From Vicugna vicugna (lineage: Eukaryota), in the NCBI GenBank assembly GCA_013265495.1, contig MU061538.1, positions 1,569,339-1,633,338 of the forward strand: DNA of 64,000 bases, read 5' to 3'. Position 1 is the stretch's first letter. Every line of letters starts with the position of its first letter. The translations under genes were made by a program, and so were the position numbers. Positions 47,921 through 60,988 of the stretch are shown piece after piece. The notes below the pieces were generated by a model, which was given only the letters and a program-made list of their open reading frames with translations, searched no databases and was not told the origin of the DNA.

Positions 47921-50429
47921 AGCGCTGCCCTGAGCAGGGAAGCAGGTGAGTGGGGGGGCGAGGGGAGGACTCACGCCCCAGGGGACCAGCTGGGGCAGCG
48001 AGAGGTCCAGTCCGGCCAGAGCCCTTCTGCCTGGAAGCTGGCACACAGTAGGAGCTCAAGGAACCCCTCTGAACGAAGGAGCCTGCTCTCCAGGGCGCAG
48101 AGACCCATGAGGATGTGGAGGCCGTGGGGGGTAATGGCTGCTGTCCCCACCCTGTGCCGGCTCCCCGGGGCCCCCGCTTCCAGGCTGGCTGAGCAGGGGG
48201 CTCGGTCCCCTCAGCCCACTCCGCCTGCATCCACCGGCCCCGTGTGCCCGCCACCCCGAGTGGCTGCATCTCCAGCCTTTGAAGCAGAGGTGGGGAGCCT
48301 GCAGGCCTGGCGGGAGCTCCACTTCAAAGGGCCTGGCACGCGGGGACTTCCCGGGATTGTGGGGCCAGGGGCTGGGAGAGCAGCCGGGGAAACTCCAGCG
48401 GAGCCGGAGCCCGGCCCTGGGAGGCGGGGGTTCCCCGGCCACACGAGGCGCCCTCAGCCACCTCTGGGGCCAGAGCCACAGAGAGATGCCGCGGCAGAGA
48501 GGCGGGCTGCGAGGGCTGAGGCCTCCCCCTCACCTTGCTCACTCGTTCAGTCACTCGTCCATCCATCCATTCACTGAACAGACCTTTCCCAACGCCACAT
48601 CTTGAGAAGTGCCCTCTGAGACCTGTCCCCCAGCTGTCACCCTGCCTGTCACCGCATCACCTTCAGGAGTAGAAGGGCTGAGCTTTTGAGGGCCCGCTGT
48701 GTGCTGGATGTCAGGGCACAGTCTCTCTGTCCAGTGTGGCTCTGACTCACACTCTCCAGTTGGCCCCGCGAGCCATCAGAGGCCGTCCGCCCGTCCGTCC
48801 CAGGCCTGCAGTCCTACCTGCTCGCCACACGCCCTGCCTCAGGGCTTCGCTTCTCTCCACAGCTGTGCCCTGTGAGCCCACAGTCCCTTGTCTCTGAGGG
48901 GCTGGCACCCTGGCAGGGCTCAGCTGGGAGACCCAGAGCCCCGGGGTGAGTGCCCAGGGGCGGCCGGGGTCCTGTGGGCTGGGGTGACCCGTGGGACACT
49001 GGGCAGCCCATCCCAGGGAACAGACCAATGCAAACTGTGCCAGCAGCACGCCCGGCTCTGAAGTGCGGCAGGCCTTCCAGACCCAGAAGGATGCCACTCC
49101 CTGTGCCCAGCGGTGTCCTCTGTGCTCTGAGAGTCCCGTGGACCCAGCAGTCAGACAGCGCCCTGGAGCCTTCCAGGCCACAGCGAGTGGGGGCAGACCG
49201 CCCTGGGGATCAGAGGCCTGCCTTCTCGGCTGGGCTTTTCTCCCTGCGGGATTCAGCACGGGCCCTGGGCCGCGGGGATGCGGACGGGAGGGGCGCCTCG
49301 AGGCCCTGCCTGTGACGCAGCAGGAGCCTGGGGAAGTCAGGCGGGGTCCGGGCCTTGAGGATGGGGGCAGTCTGGTCAGCGAGCTTCTTAAATGCAGCAC
49401 CTGAGGAGTGGGGGAGAAGCAGAAAGAACTTTTCTTTCTTTATCTTTTTACCAAGGCTCGCTCAGAGCCTCCCGTTCACAGCGTCTCACCCGCAGTGCGC
49501 TGGGGCGGCCTCTCCTGCAGCAAGGGGACGAGGCCTGAGACTCCTCCGCCTGGGACGCGCGGCGGGGGGTGTCTCTTCATGGGAAGGGTCTTCTCGCGGC
49601 CCTGCAGCTGCACCGGGACTCCTGGCGGCCCCGGAGGCCAGGCCGGCAGGACGGACGCCTGGAAGAAAGTCGATTTAAGAGATAGAAGGGGCGGTGGTGA
49701 CGCAGGAATGTCTAGTGGTTGTGGCTCCAAAACTGAGGGCAGGGGTCTGAGACCCGTCCTGCCCGGGGCCCAGACCTGAGGCCTCCTGCCCGAGGTCTTC
49801 CCTGCCCATCACAGGCCCCCAAAGCTCCCCACACCGTCCTCCTCGTAGGGCTAGACTCTGTCCAAAGCCTGCAGAGCCATCCTCCCCGATGTGGGGTGCT
49901 CGCCTCCCTCCTCCCCTTCCCTGCCGTCCCAGCCCCACGGACCCCGCCTTTCGGCCACCGCGTGTGTGGCGGGCACCGCCAGCATTCCGTGAGGCCGACT
50001 CCACAGCCCCACAGCGACTCACCCGCCGCAGCTTTCAGTACACTGTGGGCGCCCTGAGCTCGGAGAGGCTTTGGCTCAGTTTCTGTGTCATCAGGAGATT
50101 CACAGCGGGCGCCGAGCCCTCACCCTGGGGACAGTGGGGCTGCGCTGAGCGCTGTGCATGTCCGTCACCGTGGCGCCGCCCTCCCCCTTCCCAGGCAGGG
50201 GGCTGGAGGCCGGCTGGCCGGCGGCAGACCAGGACCCTCGCCGAGCGTTGCCTCGGCCTCTCGGTAGCAGGCGCCCCGAGCGAGCGCCTGGCCCGCCGCC
50301 AGAGTGCGCGTCCCACAGCCCCAGCGGCCGCCGAGCCGTCGCAGGCGAGCATCAGAAGTGTTTTCTAACGTGCTGACCTACACACCCGCGTGTTTACGGA
50401 GAGCAAGGCGTCCGCGGTCCTCAACGTGA

Positions 50430-51720
50430 TGCCACGGAATGTGACCACAGGGAGTGACGTCCACCTTTCCTGTTGGCAGAGAATTTTAAAAATACAAAAT
50501 CCCAGTATTGGGAAGGATGGGGAGAAGTGGGAGCCCTGCAAAACTGCCAACATATGCAAAAAATTAATGCTCACAATCGGGGGCCAGTGGACAAGACACA
50601 CACAATATGTCAAATACTCACATATGGTGGCACAACACTTCACTTCTAAGAATTCATCCCAGACCCTAAAGAAATACAATTATGATGGCAGAGGTGTTCA
50701 CTGCCATCTTGCTAACAGCAGGGAGCGGTGAAAACTCCTTTTTTCGGACGTGGAAGGTCTGAACTTTACTACAAGACACTGAATACAGTTCCCTGCACTG
50801 CACAGAGGAAACTTGCTGTTTACCTGTTCTACATGCAGTGGTTTGTATCTGCAAATCCCAAACTCCTCTGATTTATCCTTTCCACCCCCTTCACCTCCCC
50901 CCCGTCACCATGTTTGTTTTCTGTGTCGGTGGGTCTGTTCCTGTTTTGTAAATATTTGGCTTTTTTTTAGATTCCACATATAAGTGATAGCATATGGTGT
51001 TTTTCTTTCTCTTTTGGGCTTATTTCACTTAGAGTGACCATCTCCAGGTCCATCCACGTTGTTGCAAATGGCATCATTTCATTCTTTTTTATGGCTGAGT
51101 AGTATTCCGCTGTACAAATACACCACAACTTCTTTATCCAGGCATCTGTTGTTGGACACTCAGGTTGCTTCCATGTCTTGGCCGTTGCGAACAGTGCTGC
51201 TGTGAACATTGGGGTGCAGGTGTCTTTTCAAATTAGAGTTTTCTCCAGATATGCCTCCAGGTGTGGGATTGCTGGATCATAGGGTAAGTCTATTTTTAGT
51301 TTTTAAAGGAACACCCATACTGTTCTCCACAGTGGCTGCACCAATTTACATTCCCACCAACGGTGTAGAAGAGGTGAAGGAACCTTTTAATACAGTCCTC
51401 TGCCGAGGAAATTGGACCAATCACCCGTGCTGGCAATGAAATACTAAGAAGGCATTAAAATGACAGATAACACGTGATAATATGAAAAATGTGAGTGTCA
51501 AAACGAAATGACAAAATAAGACCGCAGTATGACCTCATTTACAAATAAAAGTCCTGTCATGTACGTAACCGAAAGGAGAGAGAGAGAAAGTGTTAACCTG
51601 TGTTTCTCAGTCATGGGTTACAGCCTTCTTTGATTTTTTCTTATTTGCTCACCTTTATTTAAATTGAATTTTAATTTTCAAACTTTTCTACAGTGAAAGT
51701 GTCTTATGTGTTGCATGTGC
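50430..51720 (+). mobile_element. Ancient L1ME-like 3' remnant interrupted by a younger antisense L1
   Basis: ttggcagagaattttaaaaatacaaaatcccagtattgggaaggatggggagaa; resumes aatgaaatacta...cagtatgacctcattt. Confidence 0.65.
50766..51373 (-). mobile_element. L1 ORF2 end / 3' UTR, lacking terminus and poly(A)
   Basis: MFTAALFATAKTWKQPECP...WIKKLW...EYYSAIKKNE. Confidence 0.95.
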
Positions 51721-52431
51721 CTACTATGTTCAAAGGATTTTTCTAAGATTTCAGAAGAGACCAAGGCGGTGAAACCTGATTAAAGGAGAAAGAGCTCCTT
51801 TAATCAAAAACTAAAAAGCAGACAAGATTTTTGAATAGGGACATGAAATAACTGAACGGAGCAACAGGTAAAAAGTGAAGGTGGGTGGGGAGGTACAGCT
51901 AAGCGGGGGGGGGGTCTCTCTAAGGAGGGAACATTTCATTTTGTTCCAGAATGAAACCTGTATGATGATAAAAACCAAGCACCCGAACAGCCAGGACCAG
52001 AGCACCCAGGGGAGGGAGGAAGGGGGGAGGGAGGAAGGGAGGAGGGCCCTCAGATGAGTCTGGCATCCCAAGCCAGACTGTCCCCCTCTTGTGGGATCTG
52101 TGACCACAGCACGGGTGGGCACAGGGCAGCTGCCCGCCAGGCCACGTCCTGTGTGCTGCAGTGTGCTTGGTGTGGGGACCCTCCTGTTCCCTGGGGGGCC
52201 GTGGGCTAGCTCTTGCCATTAGCTTGGGTAGGGTGGAGCGTGGCTCTCCCAGCCCAGGTGGACAAGAAGGGGTCTGGCTCCTCCCTGGTCCTCTGGCTGA
52301 TGTGGAGGATTCTGGGAGTAAGGAACCAGGACCCGCAGGAGGAAGGGGTGGGCTGGGGCCGTGAGCCAGCATGAGTGCAGCCCCCCAGGACAGGAGCCCC
52401 TGCCCTGCACACGAAGATGACTGTACACACG

Positions 52432-52450
52432 TTCCCACCAGGGGGAGACG
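52432..52450 (+). promoter_or_regulatory. Candidate CTCF site
   Basis: CCACCAGGGGGAG at 52435-52447 matches the CTCF core. Confidence 0.45.
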
Positions 52451-52489
52451 GTCACAGGGTCCGCATTTAAGCCACGCCAGATGAGTGAG

Positions 52490-52715
52490 GCTGGAGTTAA
52501 CAGTGTCATGCTGTGCACTTGGAATCTGCTAAGAGGGTAGGACTTAATTGTTATCACCATGCACACACAGAAGGAAACAATAAAAAAAGGTGACTAAGTG
52601 AGGTGATGGATATGTTAATCCGCTTGATGGTGGTGAATATTTCACAATGTGTACATACATATAATCACCAAGTGGTGCGCCCGGAGTAGATACAGTTTTA
52701 AATTGTCAATTATAA
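52490..52715 (+). mobile_element. L1MA-type 3' end
   Basis: tgctaagagggtag...gtgaggtgatggatatgttaat...atttcacaatgtgtacata...ttgtcaattata. Confidence 0.88.
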
Positions 52716-53854
52716 ATTGTCACCGGTAAGTCCCCGTCGTGTCGAGCCCTGGATTTCGAGGCTGCGTTCTTCACAACAGCTAGCTGGTGGTCCCCCGATC
52801 AAAGCATAGGTCAGCGGTCACCATCGTCCCGGTGGACGGACGCTCCAGGAGTCGGGAAGACAGACCCACGCTCTCAACTTCATCAGCTGGATTGAAGACC
52901 CCAACTCTCAGGCATCGTCATGAATGAAAAAGCAGGCGGCACTTCCGGCCCCAGCTGGCGGGGTGTGTGGCTCAAACTAATAACCGGTAAAAGCTATTAG
53001 GCTGGAAATGAGGACCAGGAGAAATAAATCAGGTGCTAATTACGGGCCGCAAGAGCGGAGAGCGGAGCCCTGCCCGGCCGCGCACCTCGGCGGGGACCGG
53101 GCCCTCGTACCTGGCTCCCTCACAGCGCTATTACCTTAATTATGGAGCGAGGGCTTGGAGTTTCCTTGAAATATAAATGAATGTGTCCCATCTAATTACG
53201 AAATGCAAGAACAGTTCAACCATTTTCTCAAAACCGTTAATACTCAGAGGGAGAAGGTGCTTGCCGCTCCTGATTAATTCTGACTTCACTGGCTGAACCG
53301 GAGCCAAGTGCTCGGACGAGGAGCGGGCGCTGCTCACGCCGGGGGCCCGTGAGAGTCGGGGAGCCCTGCCACGCCTCCGGAGTGCAGGTGAGCCGGGGGG
53401 CCGGAGCCCCGCTTTCAGATCTGGGCTTTCGGATTTAACACCAACCTCGGAATAAGAAAATTACTTTGTTTCTACAAAGATATTGTCACCAACAGTGACG
53501 AGAGGCCATTTTCTCCAGGTGCTGGTCTGTGCTTTTCCACGACTCCTGGAAAACCAAGAAGGAGGCGATGGTTGTCAATACGACAGAACGTCTGATGGGC
53601 GTTGACCGTCACAACTGTGTAGCCTGTGGAGAGAAACAAGTCTGAACCACAGGACTTAACTGAACCTTGACTGAAATATTGAAAACTGTATGAATGTTGA
53701 TTAGAACCAAGCAAATAATTCTGCATTCCTAAGTGTTCTAAATTGATGAGATTTTATGATGAAAGTCTTTTTTTTTATTTTAATTGAAGACACCCAAAAA
53801 CCTAAGGCAGTTCTTTTCAGATAAGCAAGTGGGAGATTTTTTCACTGCTTCTAT

Positions 53855-53968
53855 TTTTTTTTAAATTGCAGTATAATCGGTTTACGATGTGTTAATTTCA
53901 GATGCACAGCAGAGATTCAGTCATACACATACATATTCTTCTTCAGATTCTTTGCCATTATAGGTTCT
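53855..53968 (-). mobile_element. Short L1 3' terminal fragment
   Basis: Poly(T) then gattcagtcatacacatacatattcttcttcagattctttgccattataggtt. Confidence 0.9.
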
Positions 53969-53992
53969 TAAGAATAATTTTTTTAACCTCAG

Positions 53993-54212
53993 AATAACAG
54001 ATACCTTTTATTAAGCACTTGCTACATGCAAAGTTCTGTGCTAAGCGTTTCATATATGTGATCTTACTTAATGTTCAGCCACACCAAGGGGGGTTTCACT
54101 TATAAATAAGAAAACTGAGACCTCGAGGGCTCAGTAAGGCTCCCAGATGGCCCAGCAGAAGTAAGATTTGAACAAAGCTCCGTCTGCCTCCAAACTGTAT
54201 TGTCACCACTGT
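53993..54212 (-). mobile_element. MIR SINE
   Basis: tttattaagcacttgctac...tgtgctaagcg...gaaaactgagac...gatttgaac...tctgcctccaaa. Confidence 0.85.
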
Positions 54213-54273
54213 ACCTGATGTTCTGACCATAGTCCAGAGGACGCTTGTTCCATGACACACTAATAATAGTCCT

Positions 54274-54457
54274 CAAACTACTGTTTACAGAATAGATAAA
54301 CAAGGCCCGACCGTACAGCATGGGGAACTATATTCAACACCTTGTAACGGCCTATAGTGGAAAAGAACATATCTGTGTGTACAAGCGAATCACTGTGCTG
54401 TGCACCAGAAACCAACACAGCATTGTATCAGCTATACTTCAATTCTAAAAAAAAAAC
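54274..54457 (+). mobile_element. Short L1 3' end with poly(A) and target-site duplication
   Basis: Flanks aataatagtcct (54262-54273) and aataatactcct (54458-54469), 11/12 identical. Confidence 0.95.
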
Positions 54458-56494
54458 AATAATACTCCTTGAAACATAGGGAAATGCTGTAGCAAATGCA
54501 GTTGAAACACGCTTCTGTATGCTGGACTGTTCAGAGCCTTTAAGAGGCAGATACGCACTTTGAATCCGCAAGCAGGGCTGTGCTGCTTCGCACAGATGTG
54601 CCGGACCACGTGCCTAGCGCGTCTTCATGACGACACAGCCCGAACTCTGCCTCACACGGAGGATGTGGGAGGAGCTCAGAGAAGGAGAAGGTCTGCCAGC
54701 TTTGCTCAGACCTTCTTACCACTGGACTCGAAGCGCTTAAACTCAGGAAGGGTCTGAGGACAGTGTGTGTCCCGCTGGCTGAGCCTGACCTGGCACTTCT
54801 CGGCTGAGTCCCCTTCCCGGGGACAGAGGGGCTGAGGACACGGACGGCAGCAAGACTGCGGGGTCTGGGCCCCCAGTGCTGCTACTTACAAGCTGCTTAC
54901 TCACCTGCCAGCCACGAGGGCCGTGTGCCCACCGGGCGGGGTTGTGAGACTCGCCTTACCACAGCGCCAATGTCACCTCCACGTCAGCACCGGCCTTGGT
55001 GGCTCCCTCTGCTGTCCACCCCCACCGCCAGCAGTCTTTCCTGTGCGCATTTATTTCTGGTCTCCCCTCTCCTTTCAGCCCAGAGACGTAGACTGGAGAG
55101 GGCACCGCGAGAGCTGTGAGCCTGCATGCTGACTCCTGCTTGTCCTCTGCCAGGCTTGTGACCAGAGTGCAGCCCGTGTCCCTGCCTGTGCCACCTCTCC
55201 AGGTCAGAGGGCGAAGCCCACACAGGCAGCATTCCGCCTGCCCCGGCGTTTCCTCTCTTGTGGGGGTTTCCTGAGCCTCTCCAGCTGCAGGGGTCTGGGA
55301 TGAGGACTAGAGACCCACTGAGCTCAGACCCTTTCAACACGTGGAGCCCTGATTTTCTCCTAGAACAAAGCCACCTGGTGCTCCAGGACCGATGCGGGCT
55401 CAGGGGGCGTGAATGCTTGGTGTGTCTTTACTCACTTACCTGGAAACCCACCCACCACCAACAGCTCTCGTCCAGCCGGACAGCCGTCGAGGGGGGCGCG
55501 CTCTTCCAGCCGCCTTCTCCTTGGCTGGGTCATCTTGAGACCATCCGCTGCCACCCACTTCAGGGCAGGGAAGACCGAGGGCCAGGAAGCCTGAATCCAA
55601 GTGGACCGCTCCCTGCGGGGGACCGCTGCAGGGCTGCGGCGTGTCCTCCGTGCTTACCCAGGGTAGGGGTCTGCACCCCTCAGGGGTCCAGGCTTTCCTG
55701 CATGCTTTTGTAAGCCGGCTCCACAGACAGGTGTAGGGGCAGTGCCCAAGATAAAGGTGTAATTCCTGGCACCAGGGTCGTTGCTACAGGTGCTCTGAAC
55801 CATCCCCACACTCCTACGTCAAGCAGAAAAGAATAAGATAAACATCCACAAATGTACCATTCTCAGAAATAAATGCTTTGGGCAAGAAATTCATTCGGGG
55901 CAGTTACGCAGAGAGCGGAATGTGCAGGAGCCCTGGAGAAAGCTACCGTCATGTGCAGGTCATTTCTTCCAGAAGATCCAAGTGAGGCCATCGGGAAGCC
56001 TGCCTCTGGCCGGTGCCTCTTGGTAGTCAGAGATCGAACCCACCTTGGGGCCTTTGTCCTGCCCACCTTGTCTGCAGCTCCCACACCGTGGTCGTGTACG
56101 AAGCGCAATGATGACATTCCTCCCCTGGACCAGGCTCGGGGTAAGGTAGCAGATGTCCTGTCCGAAGGCCACTGTCACTCTGGCCAGCTCTCGAAGTCTG
56201 TGTGGTCCCAAGGCTCACCACACCCCCGCCTCTGTCTTCTGATCCCAACAGCTGAGACCCCGCATCACAGCACCTCCCCGCCACCCGTCCCCACCTGCCA
56301 GTGCCCAGGGCCATAGAGGTGCACGGACATTTCGGCAGCGAGTGGTCCAGACCCGGGGCCAGGACTTTGATCAGGACCTGCCCGCAGCCCCAGCTGCATC
56401 AGCCAGGACAGCCTTCGGGTCACAGCAAGTCAAGAGGGGGCTCTCCTTAGACACAGCCAGAAGGGAGGTGTCTTCAAGGGGAGAGGTTTGGTTT

Positions 56495-56700
56495 TTCAGT
56501 CTTTTCCCCTGACGTGGGGTTGATCTACGGTGCTGTGTTAGTTTCTGGCGTGTAGCAGAGGGACTCAGTTGCATGCATCTATTTTGGGTATTCTTTGTCA
56601 TCACAGGTTCCTACAGGACACAGAACACAGCTCCCTGTGTGGGCAGTAGGACCTTGCTGTTTGCTGTTTTATGTACAGTTGTTTGTATCTGCAAAGCCAA
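56495..56700 (-). mobile_element. Short L1 3' end, GC-shifted
   Basis: gtgttagtttctggcgtgtagca...cagtaggaccttgctgttt...tttgtatctgcaa. Confidence 0.9.
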
Positions 56701-58994
56701 ATGCAGAGAGAGAGTTGGGGGAGGAAACAGGGGAGCTCCGTGGGGCCCTCGCCTGCAGTAGCTGTCACCCCAGACCTGCCCGTGGGCCTGGCCCGATGCT
56801 GGCACATGGACAGCCTGCCCCCGGGCCCCGCCAGGGGAAGGTCTGCCTGACCCGCAGGCCGGGGGCCTGCCGTGAAGGCCCTCAGCAGAGACAGTCCCTG
56901 TGACCTGAGTGACAGCCAAGGGGACGACGCGGTGGGAGGGGTGGGGAGAAGCCACAGTCGCTGGGACCTTGTCCTCGCCACGCTCAGCTTGTGCTGACAG
57001 AGTGACACTGGCACCGAGCGGGGTGGGAGGAGGGCCGGGGCGGGGCTGGCTGGGGACAGGCCCGGGGACCGGACCCTGTGCTCCGGGATCAGTGGTCCAT
57101 TTGGCCGCCGGCTCATCCATTATTAGCTGTAACAACCATGATAGCTTGCACGGGTTCCTCATCGTCAAACCGCTCTCCAGGCTCGACTGTTTAATCTGAA
57201 CTTCAGTGCCCCTGCTCTCTCCGCGAGGGGTCATCTCACGTCTCCGGGGGCTGCGGGCCCCACGAGCCCTGTGCTGACAGAGCAACCCTGGAAAACCACA
57301 CCAGGTCCGAGAAACCGCGTCCTCTACGGGGAGAAAGAAAGCTCGCGCAGGGCGAGGCAGCTGCACTTCCAAAGTCAAAGTCACTGAAGACAAAACGAAG
57401 GAACGTCTCACTATCCGGATCGTTTTTCTTTTTTCCCAGTAAAGAGCACGGTCTATTTATGCAATTTAAAAGAAAGAGAAACGCCTTGCCCACCCTCAGA
57501 GAAACAACCAAAAACCCCCGCCATTGTCGAAATGCCCCCCGTGGATGCAGGCTGCGTGCGCACGCGGCGCCCGGGTTTTAACGGCAGCGCTCTGCCTGTG
57601 TCTAGAGCGTCTCCACCCGGGTAGGAGCGATCCTGGTCCCCCTGTCCTTTCTGAGACAAGCGCGTCCCCACAGCTGTCCGCGCCCGAGCCGGGTCCCCTC
57701 ATGGGCCCCTCCGCTGCCGCGTGGGGGATCCACGTGCCGGGGGTGCCGCTGGGCAGCACCCACGGGGTTCTCGGGGAGACGGGGGCTCGTGGAGGATCCC
57801 GGAAGCTGAGCGCCTCCTCGGGCAGACGGGTGAGGCTGGCAGACGCCAGCCCTCGGACCTGCTCAGTTTAGGCGCTCAGGGTGCAGGAACGTTCCTTCTC
57901 CTGACAGCGCCTCTGCATGAGGTGTTTTTGGAAAACTATAAAACGGTCATTTTCCTCTCATTGTTTTCAGTCTGAGAGTTCAGTAGCCTACACATGCATG
58001 CAGGGAAGGGGGCTTTTCCTCTGATAATCAGGCTTGGCCCCCAGGAAGCCACCATGTTACCAGGTGAGGGTCCCTCTGGACCAGCCCCTGCCACCACCCC
58101 GCATGATGGGACGGCTGCCACTCAGCCTGACCGCGGGGAGCCCCCATGGCCTGGGACTCTGCGCTCACTCTCCAGGCCCCTCTCTGTCCTGAAGAGGACT
58201 TCTGCACATAGCTCTGCCGTGGCCAGACGCAGACACTTCCTGAAGGTCGAAACATCGCCTCTGATTTCAAATGTCATCCCCAAGCTGCCAGTGCCTTCCT
58301 CCCCGGGGTGGGGTCCTGACTCCAGGTGTGTGTCCCCAGGCTGGCGGCGTCACTGTGCCCTGGCTTTTCGGTCTCCAGCTTCTTCCCATTCTCCTGAGGG
58401 GTCGCTCCGTCCCACCAGTGGGTGGACCTGGGGAAGGCAGTCTCCCTGGCCTGGGCACCTGCATTTGGAGGGTGGAGGGCAGTCAGGTAGATCTCTCAGC
58501 CCCGCCCATCCCCACTCACGTGGCGCCCCACCTCCAGCAGCTGCAGACCCTCCCAGCAGCGGCTGCCCCAGCCCTCCTTGCCCTGTCGCCCACCCACCTG
58601 TGGCAGGTGCCAGGGCACACCTGGCTTTGGGAGCTGTTCTGAGCCCCGCCTGTGGGACAGGTGGGTGGGTCTGCCCGATGTTTGAGTGGTGCTGGGGCTC
58701 AGCCAGTGGCCGGCAGAGCAGGCCGGGGGAACAGATCTGCCAGACACGGGTGAGTCACAGCACATGCTGGATGTGATCATCAAGGAGAGGCCAAGGGTAG
58801 GTCTGGGTCCAGGTGGACTGAAGGCCACATCCAAGCTGCTGTCTGGGTTTCCGTCCAGCAAGCGACTGCCCCAGAAGTCAGGACGGGTCAAGGTCTGTCT
58901 GGAGAGGCCCAGGACGAGAAACCCAGGGCGGAACCCCGGCTCTGGAAGAGCTGCCATATGCCAGGCCTTCACCACCGCCAGCACCGGCCCACTG

Positions 58995-59110
58995 TGCCTC
59001 CAAGTTGTGTGAGAGAGAAATGAGGCCACTGAGGCTCGGAAGGGCTCAGTAAAACCGGCCGAAGCGCACCCGTGAGCGAGAGGCGGAATGTGAGGCCAGA
59101 CGCGGTGGGG
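58995..59110 (-). mobile_element. MIR fragment, GC-shifted
   Basis: aatgaggccactgaggctcggaaggg. Confidence 0.5.
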
Positions 59111-59149
59111 CGCAAAGCGCACGTCCCGGCCCCGCACGAGGGCACACGC

Positions 59150-59529
59150 GAGGCCCCGGGGCCGCCAGCCCTGGCCAATTACGACAGAAGTGCTTTGTTG
59201 CACGGTCTGGAGGCCAGAAGTCCAAAACCAGCATGTCAGCACCGGCCTTTCTGCCTCTTTCAGCTGCTGGGGTGGCCGGCCCCCTTGGCGTCCCTTGGCT
59301 GGCGGCCACGCCCCTCCCCCGCGCCCAGCCTCGCGGTCACAGGGGCTCCTCCCTGGGCCTCTACTTCCAGGGGCGCCGGCCGTGCCGGGCTAGGCTCCCT
59401 CCTGCTCCAGCGCCACCGCACCTCAGTCGCCCGCAACAGCCTTACTTCCAGGTAAGGTCGCGCTCGCAGCTGTGGAGTTGAGACTCTGACACGTTCTGGG
59501 GGGGAGGGGACACAATCCCACCCACAACA
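59150..59529 (-). mobile_element. MaLR solo LTR (MLT1C-like), strongly GC-shifted
   Basis: tctggaggccagaagtcc, ccttggcgtcccttggct, ttccaggtaaggtc, ggacacaatcccacccacaaca. Confidence 0.9.
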
Positions 59530-60988
59530 GGCCCTAGGCAGAGCTTTGGTCTCAGCACAGCAGGGGGCCACGGGGACCCGTCATAAAGGAAAGAGGCAGA
59601 AAACCCAGCTCCAGGGACCGGAGTCCCTGCCGAAGACAGTGCCTGAGACGAGGAGGGAATTCGGTCCCTGAGGCTTGGCAGCAGGGGACAGAGCACGGGT
59701 GCAGGTTCGACGTCGGAGCCAGCGGAGGGCCACGCCCGGAGAGCAGGGAGCCGTGTGCTCCCAGCGCTCCCGCCTCTCCGACCGGGAGGGGCCTGGAGCC
59801 CAAGCCCGGGGGACACTGCTGTGGGGGGCTGGTCTGGCTGTGCTGGCAGAGAGCTGGGAGGTGGGAGGTTACCAGGCCATTATGTAAGGGCTGGCTTCTT
59901 AGAGCTGAGAGCCATCCCATGCAGAGTGAGAACAAAAATAACTCCTTAAGTGGAAGTTATCTCCGCCACATCCACCTGGTGGGCGCTGATCTAGCTCCAA
60001 GGGCTGAGTGAGAACATGCGGGTGCAAGTTCTGTAAACGCAGACGTCGTCGGGCCACTAGGACCACGGCTGCACCTGTCCATGCGGGGACGGAGGGGGAG
60101 ACCTCGGTGACTTTACCCCTGCATTTCTCTTCTCTTCCAAACTGATGTTAGTGCATATGATTTTATTACAAGGCATGCCTGATTTTAAAATCCTCAATTC
60201 AAGTAAATGGCCAGAGGCTAGGAAACCCTGCTGTGCGCGAGCAGAAACGCCTCTTTGCTGAGCTCTTACTGTTCTTCTCTTGAAATGATGTGCGTGTTTC
60301 CCACAGCAGAAACCACAGCCATCCTTCTGGGGTGTTCAGGGGGCCCAGGCAAGGCCCCAAGGCCCTCAGCCCTCGGCCGCCTTCCTCCTCTTGTGGATGT
60401 GCTGGGCAGGCACGCGGGGCAGAGGCAAGCTCCTCTTTCTGGGTTACAAAGGCTCCCACCACCCACTCATTAGCTGCTCATGCCAGAGAACTGCAGACCG
60501 AAGAAACTATTTAATTTCATCATGAATTTGTTCCAAGAAATGCCACCTTCCCACAGACAAATGTGCACCTCTGGAGAGCGGGGGCGGGCAGGCCCCTCTC
60601 CAGCCGCTGCGTGTGACGCCCGGGTACCCGTCTTTCAGGATGTGGATTTAAGACGATGATTGCTTTTGCCAGAATTTAGTGTATTCATTGCTCAAACGTT
60701 ATCGGAAGAAATCCATTTTCTTTATAACATGAAGGCAAATCCTCACCGTTGTGTTTGCTCAACAGAAAATTTATTTTACAATCGTCAGCTCCTCAAGGTT
60801 GAACCAGGACACTTTATTTAACTTCTGTTAGAGTCTGAGAGTTCATGCACAAAGTCATTACGTAGCTTGGCAAGGATCTAACAACAGTGAGGCTGATTGC
60901 CTAGACTTGGCATTTGCCAGACACTGTGCCTTCTCCTTTCGGATCCTCAAGACAGCTCAGACCTTGAGATGTTGGAGCACGTACCTGA

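Noticed and set aside
56108..56242. C/D box snoRNA (ATGATGA ... CTGA)
   Set aside because: No terminal stem or recognisable guide sequence; short boxes arise by chance.
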